Source: Candidatus Bathyarchaeia archaeon
GTDB lineage: Archaea; Thermoproteota; Bathyarchaeia; Bathyarchaeales; Bathycorpusculaceae
DNA: 64,000 bases
Direction of reading: 5' to 3'
Assembly (NCBI GenBank): GCA_050010515.1
Contig: JBEKKX010000013.1
Location: 1-64,000, forward strand
Shown: piece after piece, positions 48,900 through 59,317 of the stretch
How positions within the stretch are numbered: position 1 is the first letter of the stretch
Layout of the letters: the number at the start of each line of letters is the position of its first letter
The notes under the pieces: model-generated
Seen by the model: only the letters and a program-made list of their open reading frames with translations
Told to the model about the DNA's origin: nothing
The model's database searches: none
Translations under genes and position numbers: made by a program

Positions 48900-49575
48900 C
48901 GTTCAGTTCCCCCACGGCAATGTATAGTTCTTCTGTTTCTTCGTTCTGCCATAAACTTACTTTGTCATCCTGTGCTAAAAACAAGAGGTAAATAAACATT
49001 CTTAATGCTTCAATTCTAGTTGCATCTTTCGATAAGGTTGAGAAATCGATTATGCCTACACCCTTTACTTTCTCGCATAAAATTGCGTACAGCGTATCAA
49101 CCTGCAACTCAAGATCAGCGATAAACTTGTCAAACTGCGGCATCAAATCTGAAACCGATGGAAGAACAGGATGCTGCTCAACAACATGGTCAAGATGAAG
49201 CATTTTTTCACCCTTCAACACGTCGTCTAGGACTTCAAGCAAATGCTGAATGGTTGTTGAGGTTAACTCATGCCTCAATGGCAAGAACAAGGGTGGTGGA
49301 ACAAAATCCTGCGGACCTTTAGGCGGCAGGGGCGCCTCTTGCAAGGTAAGCAGCAGTTTAGACTTCATTAAGTAAATTAAAGCGGAAGAATCCAATGCGA
49401 CGCCTGAGGCTCGGAAATCAACCTTGTCTGTCCTCTCCATTTCAGTGAGAAAAGACCGTAGAAGGTAAGCTATGTTAACGTTCCACGGAGTAAGCTTCTC
49501 AAGTTTGTTTAATTCAAACAGTATGTTCCACGGCGGTCGAAGGTAAAAGGGCCTTCTGATTGGCGTTGTGGACAT
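48871..49575 (-). CDS. scpA: Segregation/condensation protein A (kleisin)
   Basis: PWNVNI..KS..LL; C-terminal F..LLFLA...V.L.Q; between smc and scpB. Confidence 0.9.
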   Translation of the reverse strand: MSTTPIRRPFYLRPPWNILFELNKLEKLTPWNVNIAYLLRSFLTEMERTDKVDFRASGVALDSSALIYLMKSKLLLTLQEAPLPPKGPQDFVPPPLFLPLRHELTSTTIQHLLEVLDDVLKGEKMLHLDHVVEQHPVLPSVSDLMPQFDKFIADLELQVDTLYAILCEKVKGVGIIDFSTLSKDATRIEALRMFIYLLFLAQDDKVSLWQNEETEELYIAVGELNVGKAEGTNR

Positions 49576-52500
49576 TTAGCTCGGTGCCTCCGCTGGGAAC
49601 TTGGCGGTCACAACATTGGAGACTCCATTGAGTTCATAGACTCCATAGACTTTCTGTGCTTTGTTAACTATTTCAGGCCGCAGGCTGATTACGATAAACT
49701 GGATTTTTCCAGCTTCCTCAAGCAGCACTTCTGCAAGCTTTGCAGCATGGAAGGCATCTAAGTGCGCATCAACCTCGTCAAGAATGTAGAATGATGCAGG
49801 CGTAAACTCTTTTAGTGAAAATATGAAGCTGACTGCTGAAACTGAACGTTCGCCACCGCTTGCCCCACTCACAATAATCGCGGGCTTATTTGGGAACTGC
49901 ACAACCATGTCTATGCCGCCAGCGAAGGGTTCATCAGGATTTTCAAGTTTTAACGTGGCTTCTCCTCCGCCAGTTAGTTTGGAAAAGTAAACTTTCATGC
50001 TGCTGTTGATTTTTTCGAAAGCGGTCATGAAAACCTTGCGTTTTTTAGCTTCAATATCATCCATGAACTGTACAATGGCTTGTTTTTCTCTTTCCAACTC
50101 ATTTAAGCGAACAGATAATTCTCTGTACCGTGAAATCTGGTCTGAGTAATGGGAAAGGGCAAGCTGGTTTATGGCGCCTATTCTCTCAAGTTCAAACTGC
50201 ATCATGCGAATGGTTGTTTCTGCTTCCTCAACCTGCTTCTGGCTTGTTTCTAAAGATTGTTCATAGCCAAACTGGCGAAGTTGGCTTTGAAGTTGCTGAA
50301 GACGAAGTTGGCTAGTTTCCATGCCCAGTTGCAGCTGGTTCAGAAGCCTTTCGGCCTGTTCATATTCTGAATCAAGCAACCGTACCTCAGCATCAATAAC
50401 ATCTATTTGTGAAGTGAACTTTTTGGATTCTTCACGTGCAGAAAAAACAGCATTTGAAAGTTCCACACGGCTTTTTTCTTGCTCATCTAGTTCTTTCCTG
50501 ATTGATTCGCGTTCCGCTTGCGCTTCAGCAACTTCTTTCTCTATTTTTCTTTGCTGTTGCTCAACCTTAGCTATCTGTATCTTGATATTTTTATAGCCGT
50601 TTCTAAGGACTCTGTCAAATTGTGATTGGTAGGTTGAAATTTCCGTTTGAGTAGAGCCTGAGTTTTGGCGAAGCGTATTTACTTCTTCCCCGAGTTTTTC
50701 CCGTTGAACCTCGAGCTCTTGAATGTGTGTCACATCAGTTTTCAATCTTAAATTGGCTATGTCTGTATGCAGTTTCTGGAGCGCTTTTTGGATAGAATTC
50801 CGCTCATTCATGTACATGCTCATGCGGCCTTTGTAAGCTGCAGCTTCGCGGTCAAGTTTGCCGCCGTATTTTTCCGTATGCCGAATGTTGAATTGTGTTC
50901 TTTTAACGCCTCGTTTAATTCTCACTATTTCCCTGTCTAAAGTGGAGATGAATTCTGAAAGCCGTGTAATTTCAATTTTACTTCGCTCAATTTCTTCTTC
51001 AAGACCAGTAATGTCAGTTCCTCTTTGAGTGAGGTGCGTCTGGAGAGCGTTTACTGCTTCGTCTAAACTTTTTAATGCATTTTCGCTTGGAATAATTGTT
51101 GAAAAATCTATTGGCGCACGGTAATAGCCGCTTTCAAAAGCACCCGGCTCATACAAGTCACCGTTAACTGTAACTGCGCGGTAGCCTTCATTTGAAAGGG
51201 CAAAGGCTGCTTTATCGTTTGAGACAACTACTGTGTCTCCGAAAACATAGTTAACAGCCATCTCAAAGGTGCTTTCATATGTCATGAAGCTTGAAAGGGC
51301 GCCTACTACGCCGTCTCGGCTGGGCGTTTCCTTGTTTTTAAGGTTGATTGCGCCTTGCAGCGGAATAATTTTTATTCTGCCCAGTTTCATGCGCCTAAGC
51401 GTTTCGGTACATGTGAAAGCTGAATCTATGTTTGCTACAACTAAAGCATCAAGCCAACCTGTTGCCGCTGCTTCTATGGCTTTCTTGTAGTTTTTATCGA
51501 TTTTTATTAGGTTGCGTAGTCTGCCGTGGATACCTGTTATTGCGCCGACAATGCCCATTTCCTCTATGCTTCTTAGAGCTCTTTCTTCAGCAGCTATGGT
51601 TGCGGCAAGGTCTCTTTGAGTAGCAAATTCAATTACGGCGTCTTTAGCTGAACTAGCTATTCTTTCTGCTTCCGTGATTTCTTTTTCAACGGTTTCTTTT
51701 TGAATTTTTTTGCGTTCGATGGTGTGTTCAAGATTTTTAAACTGGTTTTTCTGGTCCTTTTGAACCTGCTCCAGCTCAGATAGTGACTTTTCGATTTCGA
51801 GTAGGCTAGTGAGAAATCTTTCTTTTCGCACGTTTAAGTTTTTGATTCTCCCAGTGCAGAGCCTCAGTGCCGATTTGTCTTTTGTGTATTCTGAGCGTAA
51901 ATACGCAAGTCGTTTAACATTATTTGCGATTTCGGCTTCCATCGCTCGTATTTGCTGGTTGTTATCGCCGAGTCCTTCCCAAAGCTGGGCGGTTTCTTTT
52001 GCCAGCGCATCGTGTTCCAACTCTTTTTGTGCCATTTGGTCATTGATTTTTTCATGTTGACTGCGGAAAACTCGGATTTTTAAACGGTTTTCCCGTATCT
52101 CGTTTCTTATACTTTCTTGCTGATCAAGATTGTTTTCTCTTACGCGCTTTAAGCTTTCAAAGCTAGCTTGCCCAGAACTTATTTTTGTTGATAACTCAGT
52201 TAGTTTAGATTTTAGCTCGCCAATAGTTATTTGAACCTTAAGAACTTCTGAACCGCCTTCTTCAAGGTTTTCGCCGCTGAGTTTTCGCCATTCGCTTTCA
52301 ATACCATGCCGTTTTGATCTGCGCAAGTCACGTTGCTCTTTTAATTTGTCAACTCTGGCTTTAACTTTTTCAGTTTGGCTAGTTGCTTCATTAATTTTAC
52401 TGTTTAATTGCGTTATGTCGTTTGAGATTTTAACTGCTTGGAACTTTTTAGTTTCACTCTGGATGAAATTATAGCGTAAAAGTTGATTGCGTTCACGTTC

Positions 52501-53127
52501 CAAATCATCAAGGCGCTTCTGTACTTCATCTATTCTGCCCATGGCTGTGCGGATTGAAATGTCAGCAGTTCGCAGTTTTTCTTCTGCATCGGCCTTCTCC
52601 GAGTCGTACTGGGCTATTCCAACTAGGTCTTCGATGATTTTTCTGCGTTCAAGCGGGGTAATTTCTGTTAACCTAGTTATTGTGCCTTGAGGAACAATGT
52701 TCTGGCTCATACTGCTTATTGAAGCCATAGACAGAGTTTCTATAATATGCCCTCGTGACATTCTTCTGCCGTTTAAGCGGTAAACACTTTGCCCATTTTG
52801 GTAAACTTCACGTGAAATCGTAACAGTGGTTGTGTCAACCGGCATTATGCCATCAGAATTATCAAATTGAATAACAACCTTAGCCATTTTGACTTTCTCT
52901 TGCCCAGGTTTTTCTGAACCGCGAAAAATCAGTTTAGCTGCGCTTTCAGCACGGAGCCTTCTTGTGCTCAGTTCCCCAAGCGAAAAAAGCACTGCATCCA
53001 TAATGTTGGTTTTTCCACTTCCGTTTGGGCCAGTTATGGCTGTGAAGCCCTTATCTAAAGTTACCTTGATGGTCTGTGGCCCAAAAGACTTAAAGCCTTT
53101 TAACTCGATTTTTTTTATGTAGGGCAT
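49576..53127 (-). CDS. smc: Chromosome segregation protein SMC
   Basis: GFKSF, GPNGSGKTN, hinge, SGGERS, LDEVDAHLD. Confidence 0.98.
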   Translation of the reverse strand: MPYIKKIELKGFKSFGPQTIKVTLDKGFTAITGPNGSGKTNIMDAVLFSLGELSTRRLRAESAAKLIFRGSEKPGQEKVKMAKVVIQFDNSDGIMPVDTTTVTISREVYQNGQSVYRLNGRRMSRGHIIETLSMASISSMSQNIVPQGTITRLTEITPLERRKIIEDLVGIAQYDSEKADAEEKLRTADISIRTAMGRIDEVQKRLDDLERERNQLLRYNFIQSETKKFQAVKISNDITQLNSKINEATSQTEKVKARVDKLKEQRDLRRSKRHGIESEWRKLSGENLEEGGSEVLKVQITIGELKSKLTELSTKISSGQASFESLKRVRENNLDQQESIRNEIRENRLKIRVFRSQHEKINDQMAQKELEHDALAKETAQLWEGLGDNNQQIRAMEAEIANNVKRLAYLRSEYTKDKSALRLCTGRIKNLNVRKERFLTSLLEIEKSLSELEQVQKDQKNQFKNLEHTIERKKIQKETVEKEITEAERIASSAKDAVIEFATQRDLAATIAAEERALRSIEEMGIVGAITGIHGRLRNLIKIDKNYKKAIEAAATGWLDALVVANIDSAFTCTETLRRMKLGRIKIIPLQGAINLKNKETPSRDGVVGALSSFMTYESTFEMAVNYVFGDTVVVSNDKAAFALSNEGYRAVTVNGDLYEPGAFESGYYRAPIDFSTIIPSENALKSLDEAVNALQTHLTQRGTDITGLEEEIERSKIEITRLSEFISTLDREIVRIKRGVKRTQFNIRHTEKYGGKLDREAAAYKGRMSMYMNERNSIQKALQKLHTDIANLRLKTDVTHIQELEVQREKLGEEVNTLRQNSGSTQTEISTYQSQFDRVLRNGYKNIKIQIAKVEQQQRKIEKEVAEAQAERESIRKELDEQEKSRVELSNAVFSAREESKKFTSQIDVIDAEVRLLDSEYEQAERLLNQLQLGMETSQLRLQQLQSQLRQFGYEQSLETSQKQVEEAETTIRMMQFELERIGAINQLALSHYSDQISRYRELSVRLNELEREKQAIVQFMDDIEAKKRKVFMTAFEKINSSMKVYFSKLTGGGEATLKLENPDEPFAGGIDMVVQFPNKPAIIVSGASGGERSVSAVSFIFSLKEFTPASFYILDEVDAHLDAFHAAKLAEVLLEEAGKIQFIVISLRPEIVNKAQKVYGVYELNGVSNVVTAKFPAEAPS

Positions 53128-53298
53128 TTAGTCTTTATCCTCACGGTAAGCAATGTATATTATTTTATTTTAACATCTCATCAACATACGTATAAAAGCT
53201 TATAGCATTTGGTCAGAGTTTACACTTATAGATTGTAAAATCATCCTGTTTTTATCTGGAAAAATGCCAGATTTTGTGGCGCTGACTTGTGTGAGAAT

Positions 53299-54033
53299 TT
53301 ACTTCCATTTTGTCAGTATCTCCTCCCTGCGGAAAGTGGCTACGCTGAAGTAGAATAGAGCCAAATCAACAATCAGAATGGCACCGGAAATGATCAGCAG
53401 GTTACCTGTGTTGAGTGTTATCACGCCTATCTCGCCCGCGAGGTAAATGACCATAAACGGTATGAACATCAGACCCCCGATTGAGTTGGCAGACCGTACA
53501 TCACTCACTCTTGATGAGGCGATTACGCTTAATTCTATGCTCAATATTGCAGCGATGGGAATAAGGAGGAAGATAACCCCGATGCTCCAATCAGGATAGA
53601 TTAGGTAACCCAGCGTGTTAGAGGTTAATCTGTCCATGAGCACCATAAAGATTGAAAGCCCCGCCCAAGATGCCGCGATAGGCGGTATGAACGCCGCGAT
53701 GCTCTTTCCCAGCAGTATCTCTCCGTCAGTAGTAGGAGTTGCCAGAAGTGGTTCCAGGCTCTTCTCAACCTTTTCGCCTACTATGGCATAAGAGGCAATC
53801 GCGCTAGGAAGGACAGCTGCTGCAATCACGAAAAAGAACGAGAATGCGTTTAGCAGCCCTGGAAGATAAGATCCTGGGATTCCCCCATTTTTCCCTTCAG
53901 CGTAAATGATGACCAGCGGAAAAAGAACGTCGAGAAGCAGGGGGAAAAGTATAGTTCCGTAGATGATGCTTTTCTTTCTCCTGAATATCTTGAGTTCTTT
54001 TGATGCAATAATCCATGATGTACTCAGGTTCAT
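53299..54033 (-). CDS. ABC-2 type transporter permease
   Basis: GEKVEKSLEPLLATP..EILLGK; 6 TM helices. Confidence 0.92.
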   Translation of the reverse strand: MNLSTSWIIASKELKIFRRKKSIIYGTILFPLLLDVLFPLVIIYAEGKNGGIPGSYLPGLLNAFSFFFVIAAAVLPSAIASYAIVGEKVEKSLEPLLATPTTDGEILLGKSIAAFIPPIAASWAGLSIFMVLMDRLTSNTLGYLIYPDWSIGVIFLLIPIAAILSIELSVIASSRVSDVRSANSIGGLMFIPFMVIYLAGEIGVITLNTGNLLIISGAILIVDLALFYFSVATFRREEILTKWK

Positions 54034-54959
54034 TCTTTTTCCCTCACAAGTTTTAGGTACGCTTCTTCCAAACTTGAACGTGACACCGAGACAGTTTGAA
54101 CATTGCCCCCTGCCTCAACAATTGCTCGGACAATGACAGGATTTTCCTTGTATGGATCAGCGAGCTCGAACGTTAGTTTGCTCTCATCACGAGATATTTT
54201 TCCAAGCGATAGTTTCTTCAACGAATTTAGAATAACATCGTTTACTTGTTCTAACTGAATCTCGGTTCTCCTAGCACCAATCGAGTGCTCAAGGTCTTCA
54301 GGAGTTCCGATTGCCATTAACTTAGTGTTCAATATCCCAATTCGATCACAGATTCTTTGTGCCTCGTCTAGGTTGTGCGTGTTTAGAAAAATAGTCTTCT
54401 TCTCGCGTTTCAGCTCAAGAATAAATTCTCTGACTGTTTTTGCTGATTCTGGGTCGAGGTTTACAGTCGGCTCATCCATAAATAGAATTTCTGGATCATG
54501 AATGAGGGCACGCGCTATCGCAAGCTTTTGTTTCATTCCCTTGGAAAATGTTCCGGCCATAACGTCCTTCTTTTCCCATAGCCCCAACATCATGAGAAAG
54601 CGCTTAATGTTTTCCTTCCTCTGACTTTCTGTACATCTGGATAGCTTCCCGTAAAAGTCCAGGTTCTCATAAGCCGTTAAATCATCATAGAGACCCACAT
54701 TATCTGGGACTAATCCAATAATTTTTCTTATTTTTAAGGCGTCCGCCTCGTTCCCGACTTCATAGTCTGCAATTCTTGCCGTGCCGCTGGTCTTTGATAT
54801 TAAGCAACACAGCATCCTCACAGTCGTGGTTTTTCCGGCGCCGTTGGGTCCAAGAAAACCGAAAACCTCGCCCTCTTCAACATGCAAATTAAGATTTTCA
54901 ACAGCAGTTAAATTGCCAAATTTCCTTGTCAGATTTTCAGTATCAATCACTGCGGTCAC
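54030..54959 (-). CDS. ABC transporter ATP-binding protein
   Basis: GPNGAGKTT, FSKGMKQK, MDEPT, TH. Confidence 0.95.
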   Translation of the reverse strand: MTAVIDTENLTRKFGNLTAVENLNLHVEEGEVFGFLGPNGAGKTTTVRMLCCLISKTSGTARIADYEVGNEADALKIRKIIGLVPDNVGLYDDLTAYENLDFYGKLSRCTESQRKENIKRFLMMLGLWEKKDVMAGTFSKGMKQKLAIARALIHDPEILFMDEPTVNLDPESAKTVREFILELKREKKTIFLNTHNLDEAQRICDRIGILNTKLMAIGTPEDLEHSIGARRTEIQLEQVNDVILNSLKKLSLGKISRDESKLTFELADPYKENPVIVRAIVEAGGNVQTVSVSRSSLEEAYLKLVREKE

Positions 54960-55209
54960 CGAAGGATTAGCGCTATTTCCACGCTGTCTTTAGTGACTCT
55001 GAATCATTTGTTATATAAGCTTTCAAGCGGATATGATAGCTTTTTTTCCAATAAAACTAAACGGCAACATTCCGATACTATATACCACAATTCCTAGTAT
55101 ACTCAAAATGAATTCAACCTACAAGTTTAACAGGGATTACTGAAAGAATATAAACAGAAAATTAATATTAGGCGCATGTGCAAAGGTTTAGGAAACGTTG
55201 GTGGCGTAA

Positions 55210-55416
55210 ATGAGTTTTGGAACAAAAGTCTTTAGTGGTGTTCAAGAAGTGTTTATTTTAGCGTTAATGATTGTGGCTGTTTTTGGGCTTTTCTATGTTG
55301 ACATGAGCATCATGTACAAGGTTGGCATTGCAGTAATAGTGTTCTCAGTAATCTTCCTAATGACATTGGCAACTCAAATTCTAAGGCAACAAAAAGAAAC
55401 TAAGCCTGCTGCCTAA
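55210..55416 (+). CDS. Small two-TM membrane protein
   Basis: 68 aa with two hydrophobic helices. Confidence 0.7.
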   Translation: MSFGTKVFSGVQEVFILALMIVAVFGLFYVDMSIMYKVGIAVIVFSVIFLMTLATQILRQQKETKPAA

Positions 55417-55428
55417 AAATTAACGTTT

Positions 55429-55439
55429 TTTCACTTTCA
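55429..55439 (+). promoter_or_regulatory. TTTCACTTTCA, putative DNA-damage response element
   Basis: Exact match to the haloarchaeal UV-inducible motif (recalled from literature); ~40 bp upstream of TATA-like TTTAAAAA (55480) of the radA-like/polB2 operon. Confidence 0.6.
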
Positions 55440-55539
55440 CTCTACCCTCCCCTGTTCCGCAATGTCGTTTCTACGATGCTTTAAAAAGGGTTAGAAGCGT
55501 ACTTGCTGCTTCGTCTATGAACAGGGAGAGCAAAATAGA

Positions 55540-56259
55540 ATGTCTCAAAATTTAATTGTCAAACCTACAATGGCTCAACCACTATTTTCTTTAAACATGC
55601 CCGGTGTAGACGAGCTTTTTCCAGGATTTGCGCCAGGCGACTTCGCCGTGCTTTATGGGTCGCCATCAGTTATTTCGTTAACTTCTCTACTCTGCATAAG
55701 AGCGCAGTTGCCAGTGCAGCTTGGAGGCTTAGGAAGCAACGTTGTCTTTATTGACGGCGGAAACACGTTTAGACTCTACAAAATCGCCCGTTTAGCCCAA
55801 CTTCACCAGCTTAACCCAAGGCAAGTGCTTGAACGCATCTTTATTTCAAGAGCATTCACAGCTTACCAGTTAACTTCTCTTATACTTGATAAACTAGAAG
55901 AAACCATAAAAAATTACAATGCCAAACTCGTGGTCATTTCAGACATAGCAGGATTCTTTTTAGACAATGACATTCCACATGAAGAAGCCCAAAGAGTCTA
56001 CAGCCAAGTCGTCAGTTACCTTTCAAGCTTTGCGAGAAAACACCAAATCGTCCTAATCGCAACTTACCTTCCCTACTCTGACAACCGAAGAAACAGTTTA
56101 CTTCAAGAAATAACCTGCTCAAAAGCAAACACAGTATTATCCTTCAGCAAAACCACCTACACACGAGAAGTAACATTAGAGAAGCATCCATTTTTCGTTT
56201 TAGGCACCGCTGAACTTCCATCCGAAAACCTGACACTAACCGACTTCATGGGCGCTTGA
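55540..56259 (+). CDS. RadA/Rad51-like protein lacking Walker A (PolB2-associated)
   Basis: GGLGS.VVFIDGGNTF, ISRAFTAYQ; LYGSP with no GKT. Confidence 0.88.
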   Translation: MSQNLIVKPTMAQPLFSLNMPGVDELFPGFAPGDFAVLYGSPSVISLTSLLCIRAQLPVQLGGLGSNVVFIDGGNTFRLYKIARLAQLHQLNPRQVLERIFISRAFTAYQLTSLILDKLEETIKNYNAKLVVISDIAGFFLDNDIPHEEAQRVYSQVVSYLSSFARKHQIVLIATYLPYSDNRRNSLLQEITCSKANTVLSFSKTTYTREVTLEKHPFFVLGTAELPSENLTLTDFMGA

Positions 56260-56260
56260 C

Positions 56261-56533
56261 GTGGGTAAAACAGTTGAATCATACCGCATGGCAATTGAAG
56301 ACGAAATACGCCGCTGGAACGGTTTTGCAAAAGCACTCCGCAAAGAAGACAGAGAAGCCTTCGACATACTGATAGATGCATGCAGAAGCTACGCGTAAGC
56401 AGGAAGCAACGCCACTCAACCGTTACCTTTTGAACCAATGATAATGTCAATGCTGGTCTCACAGCAAATCCGCTTGCAACGGCTACAGAAGGAATTAGAT
56501 GACATCAAGCAAAAGCAGCACGGCGGCTCCTAA
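56261..56533 (+). pseudogene. PolB2-associated small helical protein (arCOG07300-like) with in-frame TAA at codon 46
   Basis: MGKTVESYR..W..F.KALR.EDREAFD.L...RSYA*AGSNA..PFEPM.MS.L; lies between radA-like and polB2. Confidence 0.8.
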
Positions 56534-58799
56534 TTGCGTTAAAGGATGGCTACTTGATGTTTACCCTTCTGACCCCGGCAAAATCGCGGTTTGGGTGATA
56601 AGCGAAAAAGGCAAAAGAATCAAGTTCACTGACACGTTTCAACCCTGCATTTACGTCTCGGGCAAACAAGACGACCTTGAACGCTTAATCAGCCGACTAT
56701 TTAGCAATCAAAAAATCGCTTCATTAAAATTCGTGCAAAAATACGCTCAAGCCACAGATACTGAAAAGTCAAGGGTACTGGAAATAACTGTTAAGGATTG
56801 CAGGCAAATTCCTTCTTTAACGCTTGAAATTTTAAGAATCGGCGATTTCTTGCGTTATGAAATTCACAATTGCGACATGCAGAATGACCGTTCATACCTT
56901 TTTAGCCGTGACTTGTTTCCGCTTGCACTTGTGGAGTTAAAAGTGACAAAATCAGGCTTGGATTACACGCTTTTGGATTCGGTTGAAAGCACTGACTACG
57001 TTATTCCTAAATTGCAGGTAATAAAGCTTGAAGTGGAAGTTGCTCAGAGAGGAATTATTGCTAATTTTGATGATGTCATCGATAAAATATGTTTAAAGCA
57101 AGAGGGCAAAGAGGAGATTGCCATTGATTACGGTGACGAAGCCACAAAGCTGCTACAGCTTGTTTACGCAATAAACGAGTTAGACCCTGACATAATCTTA
57201 ACAACCGCTGGCGACTTGTACCTTTTTCCCTACTTAATCTACAGAGCAACCGTAAACAACCTTTTAGACAAGTTCCTCTTAAGCAGAGATAACAAGCCTT
57301 TTAACCGTAAATTTTCAGCGGGCAACACCTACTTTTCCTATGGTCGCACATTTTACAGGGCAGGCACCGTGCGGTTATATGGAAGAATACACATCGATGA
57401 AAACAATACTTTCATCATAAAAGAAGCAGGTTTCGAAGGCTTCATTGAGATAGCACGAACCTGCAGAGTACCCCTACACACGGCTGCACGATTCTCGATA
57501 GGCTCAAGCATGTCTTCTATGCAGCTCTACCAAGCCATAAAAGATGACATCCTAGTGCCCCGAAACAAAAGGATTCCCGAAGCCTTCAAATCAGCCCTTG
57601 ACTTGCTCGTTGGCGACCGTGGAGACTTAATTTTTGAGCCCCGCCTAGGAGTACACAATTCGATAGGCGAATTAGACTTCTCTTCCATGTACCCAAGCCT
57701 AATGGCTAAAAACAATATTTCAGCTGAAACAGTGCTTTGCAAATGCTGCCCTGATTCGTCACTGCGGATTCCAGATTTGAATTATCATATCTGTACAAAA
57801 CGGGTTGGAATAGTGCCTAAAACTATCAATTTAGCCTTAACCAAGCGACTGCATTACAAACGCCTAAGAGACGAAACAGGCGACAAACAGCTAAAACAAG
57901 CTTACGATAGACGTCAGACAGCGTTAAAATGGATTTTAGTCACATGCTTCGGCTATTTAGGCTTTAAAAACTCAAAATTCGGCACTGTTGACGGCCACAT
58001 TGGCGTTTGCGCTTTTGGCAGAGAAGCTTTTCTTAAGGCAGCGCACATTGCTGAAGATCAAGGTTTTGAGGTTGTTCACGGTATTGTCGATTCGTTGTGG
58101 CTCAAAAAGAAAGACGCAACCATAGAAGAATACCATGACTTATGCCGACTAATTACTAAGGAAATAGGCGTTCCCATAAACTTTGAGGGCCGCTACAAAT
58201 GGGTGGCTTTTCTGCCTTCCAAACTGCACCCGCGTATTAGTGTTTTAAACCGTTATTTCGGAGTCATGGAGAACGGTAAGGTTAAAATTAGGGGCTTAGA
58301 AGTGCGGCGTAGGGATACTCCAGGGTTTATTTTTGACGCCCAAACCGAAATGATCAACGTATTAGCCTCGGCGAATAATTCAGTGGAACTTCACCGGAAA
58401 ATTCCTGAAGCATTAAAAGTTTTAAAAGCTTATAGGCAACGGTTACTTAATGGCGAAGTTCCCGTATGTGACTTAATAGTTACTAAGCATCTGTCTAAAC
58501 AGCCGAAAAACTATAAACAGCATGTTAGCCAAGTCATCGCAGCTCAGCAATTAATTAAACAAGGCGTGGAAGTTCATGCTGGCAACAACGTGAAATTCCT
58601 TTTCACTAACTCTGAAGATAAGCGGTATGACCGTAGAGTAAAAGCTTTGCAGCTTATCGAGAAAGGCGTAAACCCAGACGCGAAAAAATACTTGGTACTG
58701 CTTTATGCTTCAACCGCTAATCTGTTAAGTTTCTCAGGCTACACAACCAAAAAAGTATACGACGCAGTCAAGGGGCAGCACCAAAAAACCCTCCAATAA
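56499..58799 (+). CDS. polB2: Family B DNA polymerase, PolB2 group
   Basis: DFSSMYPS, K...VTCFGY.G, HGIVDS in place of YGDTDS, RGLE.RRRD. Confidence 0.92.
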   Translation: MTSSKSSTAAPNCVKGWLLDVYPSDPGKIAVWVISEKGKRIKFTDTFQPCIYVSGKQDDLERLISRLFSNQKIASLKFVQKYAQATDTEKSRVLEITVKDCRQIPSLTLEILRIGDFLRYEIHNCDMQNDRSYLFSRDLFPLALVELKVTKSGLDYTLLDSVESTDYVIPKLQVIKLEVEVAQRGIIANFDDVIDKICLKQEGKEEIAIDYGDEATKLLQLVYAINELDPDIILTTAGDLYLFPYLIYRATVNNLLDKFLLSRDNKPFNRKFSAGNTYFSYGRTFYRAGTVRLYGRIHIDENNTFIIKEAGFEGFIEIARTCRVPLHTAARFSIGSSMSSMQLYQAIKDDILVPRNKRIPEAFKSALDLLVGDRGDLIFEPRLGVHNSIGELDFSSMYPSLMAKNNISAETVLCKCCPDSSLRIPDLNYHICTKRVGIVPKTINLALTKRLHYKRLRDETGDKQLKQAYDRRQTALKWILVTCFGYLGFKNSKFGTVDGHIGVCAFGREAFLKAAHIAEDQGFEVVHGIVDSLWLKKKDATIEEYHDLCRLITKEIGVPINFEGRYKWVAFLPSKLHPRISVLNRYFGVMENGKVKIRGLEVRRRDTPGFIFDAQTEMINVLASANNSVELHRKIPEALKVLKAYRQRLLNGEVPVCDLIVTKHLSKQPKNYKQHVSQVIAAQQLIKQGVEVHAGNNVKFLFTNSEDKRYDRRVKALQLIEKGVNPDAKKYLVLLYASTANLLSFSGYTTKKVYDAVKGQHQKTLQ

Positions 58800-58954
58800 A
58801 AATTTTTTCTTTCTGCTCCATTTAGGCTACTATCTCGGTTAGGACTATAAGCTTGGGCTCTAGACTCCAGTTCAACTTGGCAGCCATCAACAATTCATGC
58901 TCAGCGCTCACCCATTCATGAAACTGTGAAAATGAAGTAAGCGTTTTTTCTTTT

Positions 58955-59317
58955 TCAATGGGCCACGTAATTGGTATTATTAGTCGGTACTGCGTTGAAG
59001 TGATTGTTGTGTATAGTGCATTTTTTATTTTTGCTGAGGACAGGGACTTCTTGGGGATAAAGCATTGTTTTAAGCATTATCCATGCGTCAATAAATTTTT
59101 GTCCTTCCTTGGTTGTGATGTACTTTTTTGTTTTAGGTTGCAGTTCCAGAAAATCTGATGTTTGAAGTTGCAGCAGGTAGTTCTCAAGCAACTTGAAACT
59201 TGTGTTTGTGTTGCGTAAAATGTAGGTTTTTGCCTGAGGCATTTTACATAGTTCAAGAATGTCGTACAAGACTTGCAGATGGTTTCTTCTACTCTCAAAA
59301 ATCAAAACTCTTTTCAT
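58955..59317 (-). CDS. Winged-helix regulator (HTH_45-like)
   Basis: RR..LQ..YDILE.C..P..KT.I....N.S..LL..YL..L...Y.TT.EG..F. Confidence 0.85.
   Translation of the reverse strand: MKRVLIFESRRNHLQVLYDILELCKMPQAKTYILRNTNTSFKLLENYLLQLQTSDFLELQPKTKKYITTKEGQKFIDAWIMLKTMLYPQEVPVLSKNKKCTIHNNHFNAVPTNNTNYVAH

Noticed and set aside
26187-56398. In-frame TAA codons as evidence of genetic code reassignment
   Set aside because: TAA terminates many intact genes here; the two cases fit nonsense mutations or errors.
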